From the human T2T-CHM13v2.0 reference genome, Homo sapiens: a DNA stretch of 64,000 nt. The notes below the pieces were generated by a model, which did no database searches, was not told the origin of the DNA, and worked only from the letters and a program-made list of their open reading frames with translations. A program made the translations under genes and the position numbers. Shown here piece after piece: positions 1 to 15,135 of this stretch (position 1 is the stretch's first letter; each line of letters opens with the position of its first letter). Location: the NCBI RefSeq assembly GCF_009914755.1, contig NC_060938.1; one strand, 5' to 3'.

Positions 1-184
1 TAGTATTATTTGGAGCTGTTGCAAAATTTAGAAGATGAACTGATTTAGTATTATTTTTAAGATTAGAATCAAACAGAAAAATCTTTGCTTCGGACTGAAT
101 TAAGAAACAATATACAAACTAGCAATATGACAACATCAAACCAATGTATCACTATATCATTTTAATTATGTAAGAAATAAAACA

Positions 185-370
185 GCTAATGTTTGTTTAC
201 TGTTTCATATGTGCCAGGGATAATTCTAAATGCATTATGTCTATCATCTCATTTAATCCTTAGAATATGGATGAGGAAATGAAAGCCCAGAAAAGTTGCC
301 ATGTCACACAGCTAGTGGGTAACAGAATCAAGATTTGAAACCAAACTGTCAATGTTGAACCCATACCACC
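185..370 (-). mobile_element. MIR SINE relic
   Basis: Antisense MIR core motifs: atgtgccagg...tcatttaatcct...gatgaggaaatgaaagcccaga...cacacagctagt...gatttgaaacc. Confidence 0.7.
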
Positions 371-469
371 TCGTGGTTCTCATTAGCTGCAGTCAAAGAC
401 ACTCTGGCTGGAAAATCCAGGGGCAGTGAGGACATGGAGTGTGTGGAAGCAGGCTTCCTGTGCTACTGG

Positions 470-960
470 CAGGACTGTCAGCTAGTACAAGCTTTCCAAG
501 GGAAATCTGGCATTCTGTTTCAAAAGCCTTACCATTTATTCTGCAGAAATTGAACAAGTGTCAAAATATGTCTTCTGTAAGGTCAACTGAGGAAATGTAA
601 ACAATAACAAAAAAATTAAAATGACCTACTGTTCAACACAGGTGATTTGGTAAATAAACGGTGATACATCATAGAATGAGGTTATTGCACAGCCATTAAA
701 ATTATGATTTAGCTGTGTAAAGACAAAAAAGGTATAGACACAGCTCAGTGAAAATTCATGTATAAAACAGAATCTAAAATGTGTTATTGTTTATAAAAAT
801 GTACACATAACATTTATATATATATACTCATTTTTAAAAGCTCAGAAGTATGTAGACTAAAATGAAATCAAAAACGTATTTCTGCATAGTTATATTAACA
901 GTTGTTTTTCCATTGTAATTACCTGTATTTTTTCACTTGTCTACATTAAGCATGTATTAT
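470..960 (+). mobile_element. Ancient L1ME-type 3' fragment
   Basis: Degraded L1M 3' motifs (ggtaaataaacggtgatacatcatagaatg...cagccattaaaattatga); boundaries approximate. Confidence 0.5.
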
Positions 961-2611
961 TTTAGAGAAAAATACAAGTTTAATTCCTATTTTTAATGAT
1001 AGATTTAAAAATAATGACTAATAAGATACATACTATCTATTAAATAAGAAAAGAATAATTCGAAACAGAATAACGTGATCTCATCTTTGTAAAATCTGTA
1101 CAGTTTATTTTAATAGTATAGTATATTATAAAAGTACACTTTTTGTATTTAAATATATTACATTATAAAAATGCTGGTAAGTTCATCCTTATCTCCAAAT
1201 AGTAAAGGATGGATTTTATTTTACTTCATTTTGCTTATCTATATTTTTTATTGTATACTGCTTTTATAATTAAAATGTGTTAATTTTAAATAATCTATTA
1301 TTAGTAATGAATATTGATGAGTTGTATAAAAAAGAGAGTTCAAAAATTACATAACCACAGCAAAAAAAAAGTACTAGCATTCAAAATGGCTTAAAGAAAT
1401 ATAAGTTGTTAATTCTCACCAGCACTCAGAGACTTGTCCACCACAGTTCCCAGGGAAGATTAAAATTAAAGCACTTAACATAACTTCAAAATATGAGGAT
1501 CCCAGCAAGCAACCCTGAAATGCTCTTAGTATAGCAGACACAGGGAAAGCCATCAATGTGTTTCTTTCTGGAAGGTTTATTTTAATGACAAATGGAAACA
1601 TTATAACTTACATTGTATCTTTCTTATCGTGTGAAAGGAATTAATACAATAATAGCCTTAGTACTTATTAAATTATACCCTGAAATTTCTCCATAATATA
1701 AAAGTTAACTTTTCAATCAAATGTGTAAAAATTGGATATTGTACATTTGTGTAATCATAATTCTATGTTGTACATGCAAGAAAATAGTCAAAATAGGGAG
1801 GCACAACATGTCAAAATATTCTAATTTAATGCCAGTGTAGCTCAATATGTTCTTTCCAGTAGCTCTGAACTAAATTGATGAACAGCAGGCTAAATGAGGA
1901 AAAAGAAGAGCTAAATGAGGAAAAAGAAGAGCTAAATGCATGCTGAACAAAGCTTATAAAAGGAAAACAATTTGCTGTCAAATAGCAAGAAAGGATGTGC
2001 TATTTAAGGTTACATCTCAGACAAGGATCACTAATAAAGAACCAATCATTTTGACAACCTTAGGGCAATTACATTATTTTTAAAAAGATAATCATATGAG
2101 GTAATCAAAAAATATTTAACAATGATAATTAGAAATGTAGAATTACTTGAGTCTCATTTTATTCTAATAAAATATATGGCAAATCTGTCTACCCTTAGGA
2201 ATGAGAAATAGAATGGCAAACAATGAAAGTATTTAAAATGGTGAGGGAAGAGACAATCCTAAGAGGAAGACCCACAAAAACCATGGTGACTCAATTTTAT
2301 ACAGGCTAGATGTGATCAATACTCTTCCCAATCATTTGATTAAATGATTAAAGGGGCAGGGCAGTTCCAAGATGGCCGAATAGGAACAGCTCCATTCTAC
2401 AGCTCCCAGCATGAGCGACACAGAAGCATTTCCAAGTGAGGTACCGGGTTCATCTCACTGGGGCTTGTCGGACAGTGGGGGCAGGACAGTGGGTGCAGCG
2501 CCCAAGTGTGAGCCGAAGCAGGGCAAGGCATCGCCTCACCCGGGAAGTGCAAGGGATCAGGGAATTCCGTTTCCTAGCCAAGGAAAGCAATGACGGACAG
2601 CACCTGGAAAA

Positions 2612-2794
2612 TCAGGTCACTCCCACACTAATACTGTGCTTTTCCAAGGGTCTTAGCAAACGGCACACCAGGAGATTATATCCCGTGCCTGGTTCGGAGG
2701 GGCCCATGCCCACGGAGCCTCGCTCATTGCTAGCACAGCAGTCTGAGATCAATCTGCAAGGAGGCAGCGAGGCTGGGCGAGGGGTGCCCGCCAT
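2612..2794 (-). pseudogene. L1 antisense ORF0 homologue, 60 aa, ending early at a TGA
   Basis: MAGTPRPASLPPCRLISDCCASNERGSVGMGPSEPG... matches recalled ORF0 (MAGAPPPASLPPCSLISDCCASNQRDSVGVGPSEPG); ATG at 2794. Confidence 0.8.
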
Positions 2795-3369
2795 TGCTGA
2801 GGCATGAGTAGGTAAACAAAGTGGCCAGGAAGCTCGAACTGGGTGGAGCCCACTGCAGCTCAAGGAGGCCTGCCTGCCTCTGTAGACTCCACCACTGGGG
2901 GCAGGGCATAGCTGAACAAAAGGAAGCAGAAACCTCTGCAGACTTAAATGTCCCTGTCTGACAGCTTTGAAGTGAGTAGTGGTTCTCCCAGCATGGAGTT
3001 TGAGATCTGAGAACAGACAGACTGCCTCCTCAAGTGGGTCCCTGACCCCCGAGTAGCCTAACTAGGAGGCATCCTCCAGTAGGGGCAGACTGACACCTCA
3101 CACGGCCAGGTATCCCTCTGAGACGAAGTTGCCAGAGGAACGATAAGGCAGCAACATTTGCTGTTCAGTAACATTCGCTGTTCTGCAGCCTCTGCGGCTG
3201 ATACCCAGGCAAACAGGGTCTGGAGTGGACTTCCAGCAAACTCCAACAGACCTACAGCTGAGGGTCCTGTCTGTTAGAAGGAAAACTAACAAACAGAAAG
3301 GACATCCACACCAAAACTCCATCTGTACGTCACCATCATCAAAGACCAAAGGTAGATAAAACCACAAAG

Positions 3370-4386
3370 ATGGGGAAAAAAACAAAGCAGAAAAGCTGAA
3401 AATTCTAAAAATCAGAGCGCCCCTCCCCCTCCAAAGCTACGCAGCTCCTCGCCAGCAATGGAACAAAGCTGAATGGAGAATGACTTTGACGAGTTGAGAG
3501 AAGAAGGCTTCAGACAATCAAACTTCTCTGAGCTAAAGGAGGAAGTTCAAACCCATCGCAAAGAAGCTAAAAACCTTGAAAAAAGATTAGACGAATGGCT
3601 AACTAGAATAACCAATGCAGAGAAGTCCTTAAAGGACCTGATACAGCTGAAAAACATGGCACGAGAACTACGTGACACAGCACAAGCTTCAGTAGCTGAT
3701 TTGATCAACTGGAAAAAAGGGTATCGGTGATTGAAGATCAAATGCATGAAATGAAGTGAGAAGAGAAGTTTAGAGAAAAAAGAGTAAAACGAAACAAACA
3801 AAGCCTCCAAGAAATATGGGACTATGTGAAAAGACCAAATCTATGTCTGATTGGTGTACCTGAAAGTGACAGGGAGAATGGAACCAAGTTGGAAAACACT
3901 CTGCAGGATATTATCTAGGAGAACTTCCCCAATCTAGCAAGGCAGGCCAACATTCAAACTCAGGAAATACAGAGAATGCCACAGAGATACTCCTCGAGAA
4001 GAGCAACTCCAAGACACACAATTGTCAGATTCACCAAAGTTGAAATGAAGGAAAAACTGTTAAGGGCAGCCAGAGAGAAAGGTCAGGTTACCCACAAAGG
4101 GAAGCCCATTAGACTAATAGCGGATCTCTCGGCAGAAACTCTACAAGCCAGAAGAGAGTGGGGGCCAATATTCAACATTCTTAAAGAAAATAATTTTCAA
4201 CCCAGAATTTCATATCCAGCCAAACTAAGCTTCATAAGTGAAGGAGAAATAAAATCCTTTACAGACAAGCAAATGCTGAGAGATTTTGTCACCACCAGAC
4301 CTGCCCTACAAGAGCTCCTGAAGGAAGCACTAAACATGGAAAGGAACAACCAGTAGCAGCCACTGCAAAACCATGCCAAATTGTAA
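3370..4386 (+). pseudogene. L1 ORF1p remnant with stops and frameshifts
   Basis: ATG at 3370 (aagATGgggaaaaaa); pieces MENDFDELREEG.. and ..PARLSF-like PAKLSFISEGEIKSFTDKQMLRDF; premature TAG at 4354-4356. Confidence 0.92.
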
Positions 4387-4449
4387 AGACCATCGATGCT
4401 AGGAAGAAACTGCATCAACTAACAAGCAAAATAACCAGCTAACATCATA

Positions 4450-8287
<3,838 letters not shown>

Positions 8288-8543
8288 ACAATGAGAACAC
8301 TTGGACACAGGAAGGGGAACATCACACACCGGGGCCTGTTGTGGGGTGGGCGGAGGGGGGAGGGATAGCATTAGGAGATATACCTAATGTAAATGACGAG
8401 TTAATGTGTGCAGCACACCAACATGGCTCATGTATACATATGTAACAAACCTGCACGTTGTGCACATGTACCCTAGAACTTAAAGTATAATTTAAAAAAT
8501 GATTAAAGGGCTAAATATGCCCAATAATAAAAGCTTTACTTGC

Positions 8544-8896
8544 TGTATTAGTCTGCTTTCACACTGCTATAAAGAACTGCTCCAGACTGGGTAATTTATA
8601 AAGGAAAAAGGTTTAATTGACTCACAGTTCCTCATGGCTGGGGAGGCCTCAAAAAACAATCATGGCAGATGGCAAAGGGAGAAAGCAAGGCCCTTCTTCA
8701 CATGGTGGCAGGAGAGAGAAGAACTCACAAGAGCAGGGATAACTGCCTTATAAGCCATCAGATCTCATGAGAACTCACTCACTATCACAAGAACAGCATG
8801 GGGGAAACTGCACTTCCCACCAGGTCTCTCCCTAAACAACTGGGGATTACAATTCTAGATAAGATTTGGGTGCGGACGCAAAGCCTACCTATATCA
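8544..8896 (-). mobile_element. THE1D-like MaLR solo LTR
   Basis: tgtattagtc...gggtaatttataaagg...atatca termini; perfect 5-bp TSD cttgc at 8539-8543 and 8897-8901. Confidence 0.9.
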
Positions 8897-9921
8897 CTTG
8901 CCTAAGATTAATGTGCACTCTTACCAGAAAACAGCCCGTTTCCAAAGTAATGAGTAAGTGGAACCAACAGAGGCTAGATTGAGCAACATTTGGTTGCCTC
9001 ACAAGCAAAGAAGAGAAATATTTTAGGACAAGCCTTCATGTTATATGGTTTCAAGGCAGACGCTACCATTTTACCCAAGAAAAGCAGGGCTATGGTACTG
9101 CACAAGCCCAGAAGCACAAGTCACATAGAACACAGTGATGCCTGGAGCAAAATGGTGACTTCATACCCTGGGATGCAAGGGAAGAGCTGACAAGACAAAG
9201 CTAATAGAAAATAAATGCAGTAAAAGGTAACAATTTTAATGTCTTTACCTACAAAGGAATGTACTTTCTAATGACCAGGCTTCATATCTCAATTCATAAC
9301 ATTGTTTAAGTACACAAGAAAGACTATGTGTGTGAAAAGTGTATTGTATTTTTTTCATATAAATTTTCAGCTGACACGCTGTTTCATTAGCTAACTTCAC
9401 CATAGAAACGCAACTGTGTTAAAAGGCAATCACAGGGTGGATACAGACACGGGGCTGGTTCTACCCTTGGACAGCCAGCCACAAGATGAAGGTTGAAGGA
9501 CAACAACAATTCAACCCCAAGATCCCTCTTTAATATTTCCACCATTAGAATCCATGGAATTAAATTATACTACCTCTTAGAGACCCATGTTAAATGCAAC
9601 TAGGAGACACCTGAGCAATTGCTCAACTAGGAGACACTTGAGATTGCACTCAGCTGCAAGTAACAGATGCCTCACTCACCTGACAGGAATTTACTTATTT
9701 CATGCCAGGAGTCTTGCAGGAATAGCTACAGAGCTGGTATGTCACTGAGGTCCCAGATTCTTCTGTATTTTTGCTTTGCCTTTCTTGGTGTCTGACTTTC
9801 TCCCTTAAGGCCCCAGAACGGCCACTACAAGTTCTATCTGCTATTACAAAGCTGAATAACAACAACAAAAAGTAGCCTGGCAATTGCAGACACCTGACCG
9901 TCTTTTAAAAGCCCTATCTCA

Positions 9922-10052
9922 AGCCGAGGCAGTGGCTCACACCTGTAATCCCAATATTTTGAAAGTCCAAGGAGGGAGGATCTCTTTTGGCTAGGAGTTT
10001 GTGACCAGCCTGGGCAACATAGCAAGACCCTCATCTCAACTTAAAAACAAAA
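9922..10052 (+). mobile_element. FLAM-type free left Alu monomer
   Basis: Single Alu arm ending gggcaacatagcaagaccctcatctc plus an A-rich tail. Confidence 0.85.
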
Positions 10053-11056
10053 TTTTAAACTCCCCTCTCCCATTGTTCCCAGGCAAGAGTAAGACTAACT
10101 TTTGATGCATATGATTACTCTATTAATTTTAGTTGTAGTCTAAGCATATATTGTTCCTCTATGGTAGCAATGACAAACTGCCAAAAATCATACATCCAGG
10201 AGGTGACAAAGCTGGATTTAAACCCAGATTGTCTGAGTCAAGCAGGAGGTTGAGACTCAAATGTTTATATTCCCTTTCTCAGATGAGCTGTGGCAGTAGG
10301 CCAAAGCTTTAGCAAAACATCTATTTCTCTCCCAAAAGCTGAGAATAATTTCAACTAAACTGAAAGAAAAGGGGCAATAATGCAAATTCAAAACAGACCC
10401 TTTGGTTACAAAAACCATTTTCTAGATCCAGGGATCCTCAGCCACAGGGCTTTAAAAGATTTTTGTAAATGTTAGTTGCTAAAAGCTTTTGTATGAACTA
10501 TTATATTTTCCCATAGATTAAACATGAACAAATATAAAACATCATCATCAACTTAATTTAAAATACTGCATTCTCTTCACAATGTATCCACTGCTATAGA
10601 AAGGACCCTGTTTGATCACCACACCAAGAGCGTAAATACCATTCATGCTAAACTGCATTTTTCATATTAAGTAAATACCTGCTTATAACGTGATAGAAGC
10701 AATAGCAAAACAAAGAATACAAATAATGAGAGTTATTAGTGACTATTTCACCATAAACTAGGTTGAAGAACATAGTACTACAATCAAGTCTTCCTCATAA
10801 AGATAAAAAATATCCTTTACTAAGTTCGAACAACACACCAACACACAAAAACTACACAGACTTGGTGACAGAGCAGGATTGTTGACATTCCCTTAAGTCA
10901 GCAAAAACCTGCCATCACGAAGTCTCACAGGTGGCAAGATAAGTCATGACCTTCTGAAAAGTAAAAACAAGCCTAATAATTTTAAAGGTTAAAGAATAAT
11001 AGGTTTGTCCTCTGTGTTTTAGGGATTTTTTGTTTTGTTTTTTAAAGCAATGGTCT

Positions 11057-11091
11057 ATCGCTTGTGGGCCTCTTGACTAAGATCAAGTGTA
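11057..11091 (+). pseudogene. RNU2: 3'-truncated U2 snRNA retropseudogene (nt 1-35)
   Basis: atcgcttgtgggcctcttgactaagatcaagtgta matches U2 ATCGCTTCTCGGCCTTTTGGCTAAGATCAAGTGTA at 31/35; flanked by aaagcaatggtct / aaagtaaatggcct direct repeats. Confidence 0.88.
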
Positions 11092-11154
11092 AAGTAAATG
11101 GCCTATTGTTTTATGAGGCCATGGCTTGGGAAAGTTGAGACTTGGAAGTTGTGT

Positions 11155-11400
11155 TTTTGTTTTTGTTTTTACTTTGCCTTTTCTAAATCGAGGGGAAATT
11201 CACATAACATAAAATGAACCATTTTAAAGTGAACAATTCAGTAACATTTAGTATGTTCACAATGTGTGCAATCACTACCTCTATCTAGTTTCAGAACATT
11301 TTCGTCACTCCAAAATAAAACCCTGTACCCATTTAGCAGTTATTCCCTGTTACCCCTACCCAGGCCCTGGCAACCCCTGATCTGCTTTGTGTTTCAATGA
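11155..11400 (-). mobile_element. L1MB-type 3' end fragment
   Basis: gaaattcacataacataaaatgaaccattttaaagtgaacaattcagt...ccaggccctggcaacc is the typical antisense L1MB 3' terminus. Confidence 0.8.
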
Positions 11401-12104
11401 AGAACTTACAACATATCTATTTTAATAACTTTACCCAGAAGTTTTAAAAATTTAAACCTATCCTGTAAAATGGACAGACTTACTAAATAAAATGGACAGA
11501 CTAAATCAGGGAAATAGTACAATTTAGACACAGCATTTCTAATGGAATGCTTCCTCCTTTTTTTCTTCTTTTAGTATGCTTACCTACAAAATACACATTG
11601 CCATAGACTGTGGATATAAACAACTGGTCATTTCACAGTAGTGAAAGGTGTGAAAGCCCCCAGGGTCATAAAAGCACAAAGATTCTCTGTCCTTCTGTGT
11701 CTGTGCCAGTTGTCTATTATTTTATTTGGCAGATCCTGACAAGGCCACAACATAGACTTTTAAGTGATATTCCTGGAACTACTTAGCTTTACAAATGTCA
11801 AACCACTCCCCAAAACAACTGTGAGCTAAATTGTTATCCATAATATTCTGCTCCAGAAAACAGTCAAAATAAAAGCTGCTACTTTATGGCTCAATTCTCC
11901 CCAAAAGCGTATGGGAAATGGTGGTTACAATATAAAAATTTCCTTTGTTGCAGTCCCCATATACAGATCATATTGTCGTATTAGATATAAGTCCATGTGA
12001 AGGGAATGAAAAGGAATATGCATAAAAGATGTTCAATCATTTAACAGACATTTATGATGTGCCAGCTAGGAACACAAGAAGAAGGCACTTGGAAGGATAT
12101 CAGA

Positions 12105-12356
12105 AAATAATCACAAATACTTAAATGGTGCTTACTCTGCTCCAGGCACTGTTCTAGTGTATGTGTGTGTATTTATATATATTATATACAAATATATATA
12201 AAGAGTGTGTGTTAAATTAATTAATTCATTAAATGAGCAGATATATATGCTCATTTAATTTTTATAACAATCATGCAAGAGAGCTTCTATTGTTATCATC
12301 CCCACTTCACAGAGAATAAAACTGAGACAGCATGGTCAAATGACTTGTCAGAAGTC
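12105..12356 (-). mobile_element. MIR, left part; continues at about 20738-20830
   Basis: ccaggcactgttcta...cccacttcacagagaataaaactgag...tgacttgtcagaagtc, resuming as acacagct...gattcaaatccagg after the nested L1s. Confidence 0.75.
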
Positions 12357-14827
12357 TAATATCCAGAATCTATAACGAACATAAATAAATCAACAAGCAA
12401 AAAACAACCCCATTAAAAACTTGGCAAATGATCATGGTGGACAGGAGGCAGGACCAGATTCCAGCTCCAACTCAGGTGGACAGAGCAACGTGTGGAGCCT
12501 CGCATTGTGAATTTTATCTCCAGAATGACTACAGGAATAAATCAGGAATCCTGAGAGGACCCACAGACTCCTGAAGGAAGCGGACTGATCCTGCGGGACC
12601 CGGGAGACACTCCAAATACTGTGAGTGCCCAAACTGTGGAAGTGGGAACGGGAGATACTCTGCCGCTGAACACACACCCCAACCGGGGAAACTGAAGGTC
12701 TAGTTCACGGGAGAAGATTCCAACCTTACCTGGAGCTGAGTCCATTTAGAGAGCTGAGTGAAATACAGGGGTACAGAAAGTGGCAGGAAAGGCCCTGGGA
12801 ACTTGCTGGGTCCCCAAGCAGGCCATTCCTGCCTGAAACCACAGGGATCCTTCAGGAGGGCGGCCAGAGGTGCAGGGAAAATGCCACCGGGAGAAGGAAG
12901 TCTCCAGCTGAACTTTGTAACAATTTGAACCAATCAAAAAGCCCCCTGACCAGAACTCGGGGGAGGACGCAAATCCTGCGTACAGACTCCACAGGCAGAG
13001 GAAGAACGAAAGCCCTTTTCTTTTGAGGCTGGTAGGCAGGTATCCTGGGGCAAATTCTCAGCCCTGCTTGCCCACTGCCTGCAAACAGACTTGGCACTGT
13101 TAGGGAGACATGGTGGGAATAAGACCAGCCTTTTGGATCACATGGGAGCTAGGTGAGGCCTGTGACTGCCGGCTTTCCCCTACTTCCCTGATAACCTGCA
13201 TGACTCAGCAGAGGCAGCCATAATACTCCTAGGTATACAACTCCAGTAACCTGGGAACCTCACCCCATCCCCCACAGCAGCCACAGCCAGACCTGCTGAA
13301 GGAGAGTCTGAGCTCAGACATGCCTAGCCCTGCCCCCATCTCATTGGCCTTCCCTACCCACCCTGGTAGCTGAAGACAAAGGGCATATATTCTTGGGAGT
13401 TCTAGGGCCGTGCTCACTACTGGTTCCTCTCCATACTACCACAGCTGATGCTACTGGAAAGCACCAACTCCCGGCAGGAGGCCAACCAGCACAAAAATAG
13501 AGCATTAAACCACCAAAGCTAAGAACACTCACAGAATCCATTTCATGCCCTGCCACCTCCACTGGAACAGATGCTGGTATCCACAGCTGAGGGACCCATA
13601 GACGGTTCACATCACAGGACTCTGTGCAGACAACTCCCAGTACCAGCCCAGAGCCTGGTAGACTTGCTGGGTGGCTAGACCCAGAAGAGAAATAACAGTC
13701 ACTACAGCTTGGCTCTCAGGAAGCCAACTCCATAGGAAAAGAGGGAGAGTACTACATCAAGGGAACACCCCATGGGACAAAATAATCTGGACAACACCCT
13801 TCAGCCCTAGACCTTTCCTCTGACAGAGCCTATCTACTCAAATGAGAAGGAACCAGAAAACCAACTCAGGTAATATAACAAAACAAGGCTCTTTAACACC
13901 CCCAAAAAATCACACTAGCTCATCAGCAATGGATCCAAACCAAGAAGAAATCCCTGGTTTACCTGAAAAACAATACAAGAAGTGAAGGGAGAAATCTTCA
14001 AGGAAATAGATAGCATAAAGAAAAAGCAATCAAACCTTTAGGAAACATTGGACACACTTATAGAAATGCAAAATGCTCTGGAAAGTCTCAGCAACAGAAT
14101 TGAACAAGTAGAAGAAAGAAATTCAGAGCTCGAAGACAAGGTCTTTGAATTAACCCAATCGAACAAAGACAAAGGAAAAAGAATAAGAAAATATAAACAA
14201 AGCCTCCAAGAAGTCTTGGATTATGTTAAACTACCAAACCTAAGAATAATCAGTGTTCTTGAGAAAGAAGAGAATTCTAAAAGCTAGAAAAACATATGTG
14301 GGCAAATAATTGAGAAAAACCTCCGCAGCCTTGCTAGAGGCCCACACATTCAAATACAAGAAGCACAAAGAACACCTGGGAAATTATTGCAAAAATCATC
14401 ACCTAGGCATACTGTCATCAGGTTATCTAAACTTAAGACGAAGGAAAGAATCTTAAGAGCTGTGAGACAAAAGCAACAAGGTAACCTATAAAGCAAAACC
14501 TACCAGATTAGCAGCAGATTTCTCAGCAGAAACCCTACAAGCTAAAAGGGATTGGGACCCTACCTTCAGCCTCCTCAAACAAAACAATTATCAGCCAAGA
14601 ATTTTTTATCCACTGAAACTAAGCATCGCATATGATGGAAAGTACAGTCTTTTTCAGACAAACAAATGCTGACAGAATTCGCCACTACCAAGCCACCACT
14701 ACAAGAACTGCTAAAAGGAGCTCTAAATATTGAAACAAATCCTGGAAACACATCAGAACAGAACCTCTTTAAAGCATAAATCTCACAGGACCCATAAAAC
14801 AAAAATACAATTTACAAAGTAAAAACA

Positions 14828-15135
14828 GGCCAGGCACAGTGGCTCATGCCTGTAATCCCAGTACTTTGGGAGGCAGAGATGGGCAGATCACCTAATGTCA
14901 TGAGTTTAAGAACCATCCTGTCCAACATGGCAAAACCCCATCTCTACCAAAGAATACAAAAATTAGCCAGGTGTGGTGGCAGGCACCTGTAATCCCAACT
15001 ACTCAGGAGGGTGAGGCAGGAGAAACGATTGCGCCAAGGTGGAGGTGGAGGTTGCAGTGAGCCAAGATTGTGCCACTGCACTCCAGCCTGGGAAACAGAG
15101 CAAGACTCTGTCTCCAAACAAACAAACAAAAAAAA
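14828..15135 (+). mobile_element. AluS inserted in the L1PB inter-ORF spacer
   Basis: Dimeric Alu with middle A-rich linker and A-rich tail. Confidence 0.93.

Noticed and set aside
11466-11502. Direct repeat taaaatggacagact x2 as a TSD
   Set aside because: Only 7 nt separate the copies, so this is a simple micro-duplication with no inserted element
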